64,000 bases of DNA from Epiperipatus broadwayi (lineage: Eukaryota; Animalia; Onychophora): contig JAQFVV010000008.1 in the NCBI GenBank assembly GCA_028023455.1, positions 9,796,001 through 9,860,000 on the forward strand, in the 5' to 3' direction. Both the position numbers and the translations under genes were made by a program. The notes below the pieces were generated by a model. That model worked only from the letters and a program-made list of their open reading frames with translations, was not told the DNA's origin and made no database searches. Of this stretch, positions 1 through 14,139 are shown piece by piece (position 1 is the first letter of the stretch; every line of letters starts with the position of its first letter).

Positions 1-2150
1 TTTCTAATTACCATATTCCAAATAAAATGATATCCTAAACAAAACATTTAACAAATCTCTTTCTTCAATCTAATTTCAATAAACCACAAGATAAATATAT
101 AAAAAAACAACTGTTTAATTATTGCAAGTCTCACTTTAATTTATTATTACTTCAATCATCAGTTATCCAAATATTTAAAAGCATTAACTCATCTGAAACT
201 TCCTCTTAATGACTTCATCTCACTGTATTTTGTTTTTAAATGATTCAGTTCAAAATTTCTATAAATTCGAATCAATCCATTATTAATCAACAAATATAGC
301 TACATTATAAATAAAATTGATGCTCTATTTCCAATGCTAACACCATTATTATCAAAATAATAATCATGTAATAACTCATCAAATTATATTAAACAAAACC
401 ATATGTCTTAAATTCCTTGTATTTATAAGACTAATGAAATGTATATATAAATTTCCTGAAAATTATTACACTTGTCTTTTTCAAATTATTCAACAAAATA
501 ATCCAATTTACATTATCAACTACCTTTTTAAGACTAATAAAATAATTATTAATCTCTCTGCCTCTTTTCATATATCTCTCTTAATAATAATTTTCAACAT
601 TCCAATTGCACCACATGTTTCTCAAATACAAATAAATTTAATGCACTGAAATTCATATACATAAGATCCCCAACAATACTAACATTACATTAATTATATT
701 TAAAATTACTGTTGTATTAGCTTTACTGAAATTGCCAGACACTGGAATTATAGAATACATTACAAATATCAACTGATTTTTTCAAAATCCTTTTCTCTCA
801 AAGCTCATGTGGTTTTTCCAGTCTTCAAACTTCATCCTTATATTTTGTAATTATAATAAATCAGGGTTGTTGCTTTTATTATATCAATGTTCTTCCCATC
901 TTTCAATATATCTATTGTATTAAATTACTACTTCTATATTCAATTATTGTTTCATATTTATAACCACTGATTCATGCAAAGAACTTCACACATACATATG
1001 TTTTTTATTCTAATATATATTATAATCAATTTTTTCTTCACAATTCTTCTTTCTACACTATCTAATAATTTTCTAGTTCTATCTGCTCCACAACTTAATT
1101 CATCATGAAGTTTTTAATATATACTTCTATTTTCTAAAGAGTTTATATATAATTTTCACTTGTCCATTTCATTTATAATATCATTATTAATATAAAGCTT
1201 TTTTGCTTTCCTCACACTTAATCAACCATCTTTATTGATACATATATCAAATTTACCTTAAATAATTTTCAGTTCTTCAAATTTACTTAACAATCAACAT
1301 ATTATTATTTATACTAATTTTTTATCCAATAACTGAAAATTGTCCTTTAATATTTTTTTTCAATTTATCATTGACTTAGTTCTTTTATGTAGCAATTTTT
1401 CAGATTATTTTAAAAGAATATCTCAACTCTATCATTATAAATTATGATCTGAAGCTATAATAATTCTGTATCAAAACATAATCTAAATGAATTTATTATT
1501 GTTACCTGAATTTTTACATTTGTAAATTCTTATTTATTTTCTTTACAAAAAAATAATCAATCTTTCATCTCTAGCTTTTTTATCCTTAACTCAAAAACTC
1601 CTACAATTTTATCATCCTCCACTGTCCTCAAACCATCATCATCATTATTATTATTATTATTATCATCATCATCATTATTATTATTATTATTATTATTGCA
1701 TATTTTTCTCAATTTCTTCATATATAATTTTCTGCTTCTTTCATAGTTATTGTCGCTATATAGCATATGAATGTAAATAATTTTAGATTTTTAGGAATTG
1801 CTTTAAAACTATCAACCATGTACTATTTACAAAAGTGCTATTTATAAAGTTCTTTACTTCTATATACAAAACCATTACCTCCATCATTATTTACTTCTAC
1901 ATACAGAATAAAATATTTACACTTTATTTTCACCACAATCCATTCTAGTCTTTTCTGTTTCATCTCTGACAATAAATTTACCATCTCTGTTTCATTCATA
2001 ACTGTAATCTTCCTGTACATACTTTTATAATACTTTTTAATTCAAAAGACTTATAATTGGATTATGTACTCAATTCTTGGATCACATATCTCTGTAAGAT
2101 AGTTTTAATTTCTCGCAAAAATCTATTGCAACCACAATCCTAACTTTGCC
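1..2150 (-). mobile_element. Highly decayed LINE (EN/RT region) running off the window start
   Basis: Purine-rich minus strand with an EN-like fragment (ORF 1838-2020: GG/V..EWIVVKIK..ILYV, scrambled) and RT-linker-like residues near 700-900. Confidence 0.45.
1633..1698. repeat. Compound (ATC)n/(ATT)n microsatellite
   Basis: Directly visible trinucleotide runs. Confidence 0.95.
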
Positions 2151-3819
2151 ATAAAAAGCAAATGGTATCTTGGGTTTTTTTTTTTTAATTTTTAATCTGT
2201 ATACAGCTTACAGAATTAATATTACCACATGTATACAATAATCAGATTTATAACACGTTAACATTAAATTTTGTTTCAAAATGAGCACTAACAATAAAAT
2301 ATTTAAAATAATTCAAACTGCTTGTGTAGTAATAAAGTTATAAATCATAAGAATGTTTTAAAGTGGTTTTCAATATTTTGTGATGGCAGTGAGAGCAATG
2401 AAGATGATTCAGAAAGATGAAATGCAATGTCACATTTCAAGTCATAATTCATGATTCAAAGAGCACTTCAAAATTTTTGTAAATAATTAAACTGTCACTA
2501 TATAATACATGCATTAATTTAGAAATGGTACTACAGACAGATTGGAGAAAGGAGTTGTCACCTTTTTACAAAGATACACTATACATATTTATTTAGAATA
2601 TTTTATGCAACTAATATGAGTTATATAGATATTTGTCATGTAAATAAAATAAAATAATTATTATTTTATTGTAATTATTATTTTACTAATTAAAAAAAAA
2701 ATATCTAAATAAATTTTTAAATTAAAAATAAAAATATATACTAATTGCAAACTGAGTGATACAGAAAATAATATTACAGCCAGAACTATTTAAAAAAATA
2801 AGAATGGAAGAAAGGTATGCTACATAAATATTTCATGATAAATACAACTGCAATTTGCTGTGACAGAGCAAAACAAAAAAGTTGTTTGTTAATTAAAAAA
2901 AAAAATTTGCAAAATAATAGAAGACTTTATTAAAACATTTTCAGCAATACAAAACGAATTTGATTAGAAATTTCTTCTCAAAAGTCAAAAAAATTGATAA
3001 AAACAAAAACTAGAATTAAATGTTCAATTTTTTTTTTTGCATGCTTTATAAATTCAGTAATTATAAAATGGCTTTGAATTTTGCACACATTTTTCAATGG
3101 AGATATGATATAATAAATTACTGTATTTTAATTATGAAAATTTTGTTAAAAAATTTGGGGAAAATATTTAAAAGGCATTTAAAAAAAAAAAAGATCTTTA
3201 ATTAAATCAACAAACTGTCAGTAGAATAGAAAACCTTAAAAATATCAAAGATTAATAGCTTTGAAAAACTTCAAGTATTATACTTTTTTTTTCTTTCTAG
3301 TTTAGATAATGTTTAATTAATAATATGAACATTTGTCTCAAAAATGAATCAAATTTAAAGTGAATATCTTCAATTCACAGTGCAAAAAAAAAATTAAATT
3401 TATAATAAAGATATTTTTTAATCAAAATCCCTGCTCAACATAGAAAAAATCATTTATTATAATTCAAAAGTGCATATTTATTAGAATTTTTAAAAGAACC
3501 TAATTATTTTTTAATTCCACTATATGATATATACTGAAAATATTTATTCATTTTTTGAAACAGATTCAATGAACAGTTTCAGAAAACATATTAAAATATT
3601 AAATGCATGCAAAAGCTATGAATCACTGCTAGTTTTGTGAGATTATTGACATGAATAAAAGGCAATAAATTTAATCTTTCAAGAAAACTTAATGTTTAGT
3701 CTATGATATCTGTTAATGATCTCAAACAGTTTCCTTAATAATAATTTTCACTGCTATAAAGTTCTAGCCATAGCATTTCATTAATATCATAATCTTATTG
3801 ATTCACATTCTATCTGTTG

Positions 3820-5480
3820 ATCATCATCATCAACCATTATCAATCCACTGCAGGATGAAGGTCTCTCCAAGTTCAACCCATCTCCGATCTTTAGCTTCTC
3901 TTCTCCACATCAGCCCTGCACACTCTTATTTCATCCATCAATCTCCCATGTCTCTTTTCTTGGTCTTTTACAATCTCTTGGAATCCAGTTTAAGATTTCA
4001 ATTATCCATCTATTATTATCTTTCTAGCAATATGTCCAGCCCAACTCCATTTCAGTCTTAATTTTTTCAATGAGGTCAGTAACACCTATTTGTTCTCTTA
4101 CCCATATATTGTGTTTTCGATCTCTTCTTGTTACTCCTAACTTGCATCTCTCCATACTTCTTTGAGTGGTCTGAAGTCTATATTGCACTCCTATTAAATG
4201 TCCAAGACTCAGATCTGTAAGTAAGAATTAGTAAAACACATTTATTAAAACCTTCCTTTTCAAACACATAGGCATATTTCCTTTTAGTATCAAGTTATTT
4301 CTACCAAAAGCACTCCAACCAAGTTTAATTCTATGATTAATTTCATCCATTATGTTTCCATCTGTATTAATAATCTGACCAAGGTATTTGTAGCTGTTAA
4401 CTTCTTCTAACTCATCATAATCAATCTTTATTTTCATATTTTGAGAAAATCCATTGAACATTACTTTAGCTTTTTAACATTTATCTTTAGTCCTACTTTC
4501 CTACCTTCATCTGATAACTCCTGCAACATTTCCTACAGCTCTAAAACATTATTTGCAAAAATAACTACATCATCTGCAAAATCTAAATGACTTAAATAAT
4601 CTCCATTTACTTTCAGCCCTTTAGCTTCCCATTTTAATCCACAAAATACTTCTTGCAGCATTGCTGTAAAAAGTTTTGAAGATATGGAGTCAACCTGTCT
4701 TACACCCTTCTCAATGTTGACTTTCCTAGTATCATTATGTAATCTAATTGTTAAACCATTAAGCATCACATGGTCACCATCTCTTATACTAGCACATAAT
4801 TGTTTTTAATCTAATTGTTGCTATTGCATTTTTTATAAATATTCTTCAAAATATGGCAATATCCTGGATCTATACCTTGATGATCCAATGCTTTAATCAC
4901 TGAAGAAATATTTAGAGAATCAAATGCCTTTTCATAATCTACAAATCCACAGCATAATGGCAATTCATATTCATTTGTCCTTTCTATAACTTTTTTCAAT
5001 ACCTGGATATGATCTACTGTACTAAAACCACTTTTAAATCAAGCTTGTTCTCTTGGTTGGTAGAAATCCAATGTTCCTACCAATACCAAAATGTTGTCTT
5101 ACACTCTTGAGACTTTTATTCTCTTTACAGCTTTCCTTGCTAGTTCACAGTTATACTTTCTTATATCATTTTCAACTCTTTTCTGCACCATTTTACAAAA
5201 TTCGAGATATTCAATCCTTTTTAATGCATCATTTTTGTATATTTTCATATTTCTTCTTTTCTTCATAAATTCCCTAGCCTCAGTAGAAATTTTATTGGTC
5301 AATTGCTGCTTCTTTCTACCAGCTATCTTTATTGAGTTTTTAAAAGTATATCAGTTATTTTCTTATTAATTTCATTCAAATCTGAATCATGTTCAAAATC
5401 TACTAATACTTGAAATCGATTTGTAAGTTCTAATTTAAATTCATTAGAATGATAGATAGGTCACAAAAAATTGTTCCTTT
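3820..5480 (-). mobile_element. 5'-truncated, frameshifted RTE-clade LINE (RT and 3' end)
   Basis: Minus-strand fragments PLCCGFVDYEKAFDS, KGVRQVDSISSKLF, SHLDFADDVVIFA, YKYLGQ and HRIKLGWSAFGR. RTE-type 3' end CCTTCATCCTGCAGTGGA with a (TGA)n tail at ~3820. Confidence 0.9.
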
Positions 5481-6134
5481 TTTGTATAATTCTCTGATGT
5501 TTTTTCCAATGCTTGCTAGTTGAGTCATGGAAAAGGTTTACAAAGAATTGTTATACTGTTTACTTCAAGAATTTCTCAAAACAAAGAAATGCTTGTCAAA
5601 TATTCAAAAATCAAAGTCTAAAAAAATGAGTCTGATTTTTGTTTTCTTGTATAAAAACAAACTAAATCTGATGTTCCAATAAAAGAAGCAGCTTATTTGT
5701 ACATAATTAGCCATGTACTAGAATTTGATAAAAATGAAGTCTTTCATAATACGAATCGTTAACAATGATTTTGCATATTTGTTTAAAATGAATAAATACG
5801 CAGAAATTTTAACCATAACAAACACCATTGTGTAAACTGACTGCAAAAACTATTAATAACAATTTAAAAAACGCATTAGCAATATTAATAAATTGGGAAT
5901 TGTTTGTTTAATTTATGCACTATCCCATTGAATTTGATATTGATAATAATGAGGTGATACAAAAATTGGTGAATTAACTTAGATAAATATAGTTTTGAAA
6001 CTGATATACTTTTGCTTTAAAATTAAATCAATTCATCTGAAAAAAGATTAATCACTTTTGTCAATATGGATCAAAATAATAACAGAAAACAAGTGATTCA
6101 ATAATGGAAAAATTAAATATATACATAAGTGTAT

Positions 6135-6433
6135 TAATATTATAATTCCACGTCTGTATTTCTTCAAATCACATCCGTAATCTTATAATTGAATATTTAT
6201 AAAGACAGGAATCAGATATATGTAAAGTATAACTTTAAAAATTTTAACCACTTAGGAGCTCTTTAGACTATCCTCTTAATCTTTGTCAACTAACACTTTG
6301 CCTTTCAAATTGTTAGTCGACAAAGACTACTAGGATAGTCCAAAGAACTCCTAAGTGGATAAAATTTTTAAAGTTATACTTTACATATATCTGATTAATG
6401 TATTTATAAATATTCAATTATAAGATTACATAT
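6135..6433. repeat. Foldback insertion: ~120-bp arms (6177-6300 / 6306-6429), 5-nt loop, one-sided ~42-nt extension
   Basis: Arms align as reverse complements with few mismatches. The candidate TSD ATAAGTGTAT is at 6125-6134 and 6434-6443. Confidence 0.75.
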
Positions 6434-7699
6434 ATAAGTGTATCTATTTTTTCAATTGTAGATTTTATACGAATCTTAATCCAGGTCAAGTATTTCTAAT
6501 AAAAATTTAGCTGCCAAAGGATAGATTGGATTAATTAATATATATTTATTAAAATTAATTTCAATTAGATTTCATTTTTTAAATGTGGATAGTAAAAAAT
6601 TTATAATTGCACAAGTGATTCACATTATATTTTTATTAAGCAGTATAAGTTTAATTAAAGAATGATAATTCCTTTTTTTTTCTTTGCAAAAAATCATTCC
6701 CACCTTCTTATTTATCAGAAAAGAATAGCTTTCAATAAACTATTATTAGATCATATAGTTCAGTCCCAAATATTGTTCTTCAAAACAAATTCAATAACAC
6801 TGCATTAAACATTGCAAAAAATTGTGATATAAATAATGTTTGTAAGTCAAGAGATTAAAGATGATATGGCACTGTCTTCTATTCAGATAATTTATATTCC
6901 GAATTAAAAATTTTTTCAGTATATCACAACATGTTTAACAATTGTAGATTATTTCGTTTTTGTGTTTTCAGTTTATCAATAGCTACCATAAAATAATTGG
7001 ATTTAGTTAATCATTTTAAGATCACAAAGTCATTTAATCAAAGACTAAAACTTACTAAACTGAATAGCTTGATTAATTTTATATACTATGTAACTTTAGT
7101 TGGCATTATTTTTCTATGATTTAATGATGATGACAATATGTGTGTGCCCATGTTATAATTAAGATTTAACTTGCTTAATTCTTGACTGCCTCTCACACAG
7201 TGTCTCCTTAATCTTAATTTGAGAGATTATTATTTGAAATCAAATGCTATTTGCACAAACTGTTATTTGATCAATATGAACTAAATATAAGTATGTTATC
7301 TGTGATAAATGAAGTTACCTTCAAAATGTCTGAATAAGGAGAGATTACTTCAACATCACAGAGGGCACATATATATGTAGTAAATCTGAACTTACAAATA
7401 ACAATATATTAAAACTATTTAGATATAGTTGTGTGAATTACAAATATTTTCTTTATAGAGTGTACATACATACACAGCCTATATACAATATGTAAAATAT
7501 AACTATAGTTATTAATTAAAAGGTTTTGAAAAGAATTCAATAGAAAACAATATTTATATTTACTATAAAAATTATATTTTTAGTCAATGATAAATAAATA
7601 ATTAATATATAAATAGATAATTTTCTAAATATAAGAAGAAAAAAAATCTACTAAATTTTAGAAAATAAAAAGTGGGTATCTCTCTATAAACCATAATAA

Positions 7700-8150
7700 A
7701 ATAATTCAGTGAAACACTGTAGATAAAGACAATCCTAAATAAACTGAGATGCAAATCCCATAACATGGATTATTTAGCATAATTAAATAATGGCTATACT
7801 TTAATTATGAAATGTTATAAAAAATTGAATATTCCAATAGTATGCAATAACATACTCAATACATCCTTGGCATTTATAATAATGGAGCTAGTGAAAGATT
7901 TATTTCATTACAAAAAAAAAATATGCATATAGAACTATGAAATTAATTTATAATAAGTATAATAAAGAAATTGACTTCTTTCACACAAAATGACTGCATA
8001 TCTTTCCATTGTTCAATGCTTTCATCATCTTGAGCCCAAAACAAATCTTCAAAAAGCACTAGAATAATATCAACAAGCAGTATTGTATTATTAATAGCAA
8101 CAATACAAAAAAAAAATAAGTGCATTTGAAGAATACATTTTGCAATTTTT
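7700..8150 (-). mobile_element. Probable piggyBac transposase remnant
   Basis: Minus-strand DDESIEQWKDMQSF (cf. IDESM..FKGR.SF) followed, in the right order, by NKSFTSS (cf. DNFFTS). Confidence 0.35.
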
Positions 8151-9454
8151 TTAGATTACCAAAAAAATCAAAACAAAAATAAATAAATGATATGCATTTT
8201 TATAGAACAATGTGTTTTTGAAAGTTAAGTCAGTGAGACATGCCTTCTTCCTGAAAAAAATATCAGTAAAACAAAAAAACCTATGAATGGTAAAAGAACC
8301 AGAGTGAAATATGTATTAGTTTCAATTATTAGTAACTCTTAATTGACTGCAAACCATCATTGAAAATAGTAAGGGAGGAGGGCTCTATATCTACTGAAAG
8401 ATTATTTAAACCTTTCTGATTCAGAAACATGACCATAAAAATAATTAATTACAAGAAACTTAATCAGTATTTTTGTTTTATATAACTTTTTCATTATTTT
8501 AGTTGATAAAACTTTTTACAACATTTATAAAACAAGTGATAACAAATATATGTATTTGAATATATAGGAATTTGACAAATGAAAACATCCATGATATTAG
8601 CACTATATGATATATGACTCAGAAATGTAAATATATACCAATATAAGTATCAAACAGAAAATTAATATTTTAATAATCCTGAGAAAATTTATAAAAATAG
8701 TTAAAGTTTAAAAAGAGCCAAATTGTTTATGATCTAAAACTGCTTAATTTTCTAATATGGGAGAACAATTTTTTTTTGGAACCAACTATGATTAGAAATT
8801 AATGCTGAGGGAGATTGATGAATACTATAAAAAAAAAAAACCTCAACAAAACAAAATACCTAGAGATTAATATACATTTTATAACATATCAAAGTCTATC
8901 AAAACAATGTAATGAACTTTCAAGCTATAGTTTTCGTAATTTGATTATTTTAAGCATAATTACCATATAATGGATAACTGAAATTGTGTCATAATAGTTG
9001 TGTGAATCATTATTGGTATTTTATCAACCATTGGAAAGATTGATGTTTTAACCATCACGAAAGGCCTACTATTTAGAATTATTTTTCCCTACTATGGAAA
9101 ATTATATTTCAATATTCTCTTTAATCTCTAATCTTTATTTTGAATGAATACAAATATACAAGCAAATTATTTAATCATTTTAGAAGATTTAAATTGTTTA
9201 TATGTTTTAAATGTTCAATCCAATGAAGGTGTGATTTGGATTCTTTAGTATCACATTCAAAAAGATGAAAAACATATTTATTGGTTTTATTTTTAAAATT
9301 TTATGGAGCATCCTTAAATGAAACATTTCTTATGTATGCCTTTATGTTTCATTGCAAGGAAATCCATGTTTCGCTTCCATATAATAAATTAAATTAAATA
9401 ATAGTTCTATATATATCGCTAATTTAATTGTTGTGATTATATCATTTCCATGAA

Positions 9455-9800
9455 TACCTTACCTTTTAATTTGTTAAAAGCTGCAACAGCAGATTGGAAT
9501 CTGTGCTGCACTTCAGCATTTAAATCCAACTTTCTATTTAAAAGGCTAATAAAATATTTATATTGGTCATTATCAAGATGATAACTATCTCCAAGCTAAG
9601 AATTGCTGAATATTTCCCCATATAAATGGCTTGAGTTTGTTGAATATTAATTATTAAATGCAAATCTTTAAATACTATATTCAAAATATTAAGTACATTC
9701 TATAGATCATCTTATAAATTGGCAAAGAATAGAACCATCATCAGCGTACCGTAAATCCAGAAACCAAGCATATAAATTTTGTTTTTGCTTTTAATTGATT
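9455..9800 (-). mobile_element. RTE-like LINE RT fragment
   Basis: Minus strand encodes LDLRYADDGSIL (YADD at 9748-9737) and DLNAEVQHRFQSAVAAFNKLK. Confidence 0.7.
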
Positions 9801-10569
9801 CAAATTAAAGATTCCACCATCAACTTATATTGCATTTTGATTTCTGATCCATAAAACAGCTTATAAAAATTTTTAAAGATTACAATGATCAAAAATAATG
9901 CTGGAGCAAATAAATGCACATACTTGTAAAACACCAATTTTCATTTCAATTATTTCAGATTTTCCACTTATAGTTATAATATTTATTTTCTTACCTATCA
10001 TATAGAAGCTATACAAATAAACTTTGAAAGATAACTATTTAATTTCAACTGTGTCTCAATTGTGTCAATTATCTTGATTAAATCAATAAAAGTAATATAT
10101 AAATTACTCCATGTCTTGAGATTTTTTTATGCATTTGTTTGCCAATAAAAGTCATGTCTATGCTTCATGATTCTCTACTACAATGTTGAATCAACAGATT
10201 ATTTACAAAAATGTTTAACTTTTATTTTAAAATAATTGTTCTCTCTTTTTTTAAAACTGCTTGATGGTTTATTAATTCTGCATTCATAGCTAAATATGGT
10301 TAAGATATAAGTGATTAGTTTGTCAATACTGCATTTGTTATTCTAGAATATAGTTCATAGAGAAAATATTCTTAATAAAATTAGGAAATCATAAAAATAT
10401 TTGAAAAAAAATTCAAGTACTTGATATTATCAATTATTCTTATGAATTTTTAAAATATTAATATCTAAGGATATACATTTTTGTTAATAATTGGTATAGG
10501 AAAAATATCAACTTACTTCTATAGCTAAGCATATTTGGTTTCCGTAAAACATACATAAATTACAATAGA

Positions 10570-10879
10570 TAAATAGAGCAGCCAAAATGCAAAAAACATT
10601 AATTATAAACAACAATTTGCCAAGCGCTTTCGGTACTGTATAGCAGAATCATGGCGATATATTGGAACTGAACGGTTAATATTCGAATGGTTAATATTCC
10701 AGTGCACTGGAATATTAACCATTCAATTGCAATATGTCGCCATGATTCTGGTATACAGTACTGAAAGCATTTGGAAAATTGTTGTTTAATGTTTTTTGCA
10801 TTTTGGCTGCTCTGTTTATCACATTTTATTTGTGTAGAATAATTTTCATTATCTGACAGAGTTTTTATATTATTTATTT
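10570..10879. repeat. Foldback insertion with a loopless palindromic centre (GTG|CAC at 10704/10705) and a one-sided ~59-nt extension
   Basis: Arms 10568-10704 and 10705-10820; the central 40 bp are a perfect palindrome. The candidate TSD ATAA(A/G)TTACAATAGA is at 10555-10569 and 10880-10894 (14/15 identical). Confidence 0.8.
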
Positions 10880-12137
10880 ATAAGTTACAATAGACAACTA
10901 TTATTATTTTAACTATATAACTCATATAATAACCACAATAAAGCTTACAATTTTAAATAATAAGCACCAAAAACTATTTCTAGAAAAAAATAACTACTAA
11001 AAAAAAAAAAAAAAGACTTAAAATTTATTATAGTATCACATTTCAATTATTAGTAACTGATAGCCATGATATATAAAATAGACAACTAAAATTAGCTTAT
11101 TCCAAAATCAACAACAAAATTCATTAAAAAAAAAAAAAAAATTAAAGTATGTGCAGAAAAAAAATAAAGCAAAGTTTGAATCTACTTTCTCTTGCACATT
11201 TTTTTTCTTTCCCCTTGTATTTTAATACTGCTTAATAATAATCAAGATCTATAAAAATTGGCTTAGCATTATTGATATTTTAAAGGAAGCATTTGTATTG
11301 CTTGTACAGATTACATCCTGTTAAACAATACTATGGGTTCCTGAAGAATTATAGAATTGAAAATTTTTCAGAAACAAATGAAATTATCTCAAATACATCT
11401 CTCTAATTATAATAGCAAAATGGAAAATGTTTAACAATTAAATGTACTATATTAGTATAATTAAAATATACTTATTAATAAATATTCATTAGAAAAAAAT
11501 AATTTAATAAAAATAAAGAAATTTAAATTTATTATTTATATTTAATTGATCATAAAAACATTTCCCCTATATAAATAGCAGAAATCTGATATGCATTAAA
11601 GATGGCACTTCATAAAAATGAACAATTAAAAAAAAAATGCTTTTAAAAAGTTTTCCCATATTTTTTGTTTAATTTATTGTTTTAAAAATAATTTATTTAA
11701 AAATTATAAATTAGAATTCCTTACCAACTTACATTTACTTCATTATGAAAACATATTACAATTATATTTTACTGGAATTACAATGTATGGAACTCTTGTT
11801 TGCTACATCAAATTAGTGATGTAATCTTGCACGAATGTTAAGTTATATTTTGCTCTTTTTTATTGTTTGTTATTGCTGAAAAATAAAGTTTTATTATAGA
11901 ATACATTTTTTTTTTTAAATTTTGGCTGTCATAGAATTTCTAATCAATAGACATTCACACAAATTACTGATAAATTAACTTGATAAGAATATATTATGGA
12001 CATAATACTGTTTGATCACATTGACTGATATAGCTAGCCTTCTTGCAGATATTAAAACTGTAGCTATATTTTTTTTTTTAATTAACTTTTAACATAGAAT
12101 TGCAAATTTTTTTTTGCTTTTGGATATTATTGTATAG

Positions 12138-12237
12138 TAAGTATAGAGGATTTGAACTCAGAAAATCTGAGTTCAAATCCTCTATATTTATAATTAAGCT
12201 CTCAGATTTGTGAAGAGTGCCTGGTTTTCAAATATTT
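12138..12237. repeat. Small foldback insertion: 20-bp perfect stem (12142-12161/12167-12186) plus ~47-nt extension
   Basis: TATAGAGGATTTGAACTCAG-aaaat-CTGAGTTCAAATCCTCTATA, containing a B-box-like GAGTTCAAATCC. The candidate TSD ATATTATT(G/A)TATAG is at 12124-12137 and 12238-12251 (13/14). Confidence 0.65.
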
Positions 12238-12697
12238 ATATTATTATATAGATAGCTGAATATTAGAAGATGCCACTATATTTTATCAGTTGCATTTGTT
12301 ATTGAATTTTAGCTTACAATTATTATTTTTTCATTTTTAAACTATCACAGACAACTGAGAATTTTACACAAGAATTAATTAAAATTCTTTTTTCAGAAAG
12401 AATTATGAATATTAAACTTTGACCCCACACTTTTTTTAAAAATCTTAGCTAAACCAATCTAACATTGCTGGCTGCTGATTTATTTAGTAGCAATCTAACA
12501 TTGCAAATTTCTCATATATTCTATTTAGTAGCAATCTAGCATTGCAAGCTACTGATGTATTCTATTTCATTTTATAACTGAAAATAAGCTGGAAGCATAG
12601 AATCACTTTTTTTGTGTGTTTTTAAACTATTGCAGATAGTTGGAAATTTCACAAAGCTTAAGAATTAGTTTAAATTCTTTATAAAAAACTTGGATCA

Positions 12698-12830
12698 CTT
12701 AAACCACTAAACATCACATGATCACTATTTCTTATGCTTGCACATAACTGTTATTAAAACAGGCAAAACTCTCCATACAGTAGTGCCAATCAGTGCCAGA
12801 CACTACTGTATGGAGAGTTTTGCCTGTTTT
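12698..12830. repeat. Small foldback insertion: perfect 32-bp arms (12754-12785/12801-12832), 15-nt loop, ~56-nt extension
   Basis: Perfect reverse-complement arms. The TSD AAACTTGGATCA is at 12686-12697 and 12831-12842 (12/12). Confidence 0.8.
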
Positions 12831-13796
12831 AAACTTGGATCAGGTAGGTTTTTTTAAAAAATCTTGACAAAATTAATGGTAATTTGATATACAATTTTTT
12901 TTTTTCAGATTGATGAAAATAAATTTTTAATACAGAATTGCAAGATTTTGGTTTTATATCATATATACTTGAGAATCAATATATATTGCAAGTATTTACA
13001 CAGAATCTACATTTTAATCTGATTTTTAACAATTTTACTTTTTCATTCATGTAGAACAATTGAAATTATCTTTGTTTACATTTCTGTGATGCCATGTTAG
13101 TTAATTTACAAATGCTCAGAATAAAGGATTCAAATTCATGCAGTTTAAAATAATGGTAGTCTATCTGTAATAACTTCAATATAGATATTTTTGGAAATTC
13201 TGTTTTATCTATCACTAGAAAATACAATGAAGTTGCAAACAACCTATTCAATAGTTTATTATAGTCTTTTTGTCATTTTTATAATATAAAGGATTGATGA
13301 AAATTTATGGTGTAATATTAAATACTATAATTTTAATAAAATGTATTAAAGAAGCTGTAAAAATGGCAATTTATATCTGTAATAATCAAATATTATCACT
13401 TGATTATAGTACTCTACTAAAAATAATATTTAAAATATATAATGTAATAAAGCAAATATTTAAATAATACTACACTTATCTACATATCTAATTTCTGCCC
13501 ATATAGTATATATAAAGATACAAATATATACATGTATAGTAAAATTACATGAGAAATTTCTATTTTTTGCTGTTGCATTTTAAGTGATTTTACTTGAGTT
13601 TTATTTTCATTGATGATTTTGAAATAATATTAATATGGCAATCTGTCAGTTAGTACTCAAGAGTTCACTAAGTGGTGAGAATCTTATTAGTTGATTAAAA
13701 AAAGTGACATCAATAAAATTTGATGAAGTTCTATTCATTTTTATACATAACAGTTCAGTTGAATACAATTACCAGAAAAATTATACCTAATAGATT

Positions 13797-14139
13797 ATAA
13801 TAATAATCAGCCAATAAGCTAATGCACATGTGCTTTGTGGATTTTTAACTATATATAAATATTCTCACTTCCAAACACAAGATAAAGTCTTTGTGAAAAG
13901 ACAGAATGAATCCATCTCTCCTTTCAATCCAAGCATTTATGTATGGGCAAATTTACATTTGGGTTGAAAGAATAGATGGATTCATTCTATCTTTTCACAA
14001 AGACTTTATCTTGGGTTTGGAAGTGAGATTATTAATTTATAATTAAAAATCCACAAAGCGCATGTGCATTAGTTTAATGGCTGATTATTACTATTACAGT
14101 TTATATATATAAAAAAAAACATAGCACTATATAAAATAA
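13797..14139. repeat. Foldback insertion: ~133-bp arms (13799-13932 / ~13960-14090), ~50-nt right extension
   Basis: Arms align as reverse complements. The candidate TSD ATA(C/T)CTAATA(G/T)ATT is at 13783-13796 and 14140-14153 (12/14). The right arm plus extension resembles a solo copy at ~46550-46670. Confidence 0.75.

Noticed and set aside
1557-1766. Asn/Asp-repeat protein
   Set aside because: The repeat is the translation of a trinucleotide microsatellite within a decayed LINE.
6250-6290. Hammerhead in the 6.2-kb and 13.9-kb foldbacks
   Set aside because: Only partial resemblance (CTTAGGA plus a hairpin; a palindromic GCACATGTGC) without a complete core.
9737-9748. CTGATGA on the minus strand as a hammerhead core
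   Set aside because: It is the GCT GAT GAT of the YADD codons in an RT remnant, with no stem II or GAAA.
11341-11372. CTGAAGA...GAAA...TTC hammerhead-like spacing
   Set aside because: Stem I and stem II do not pair in register, and AT-rich chance is likely.
6177-14090. Foldbacks as classical MITEs or CRISPR-like arrays
   Set aside because: The arms are asymmetric relative to the TSD, the TSDs are 10-15 bp, and there are no superfamily-type TIR ends. No regular repeat-spacer periodicity and no cas genes are present.
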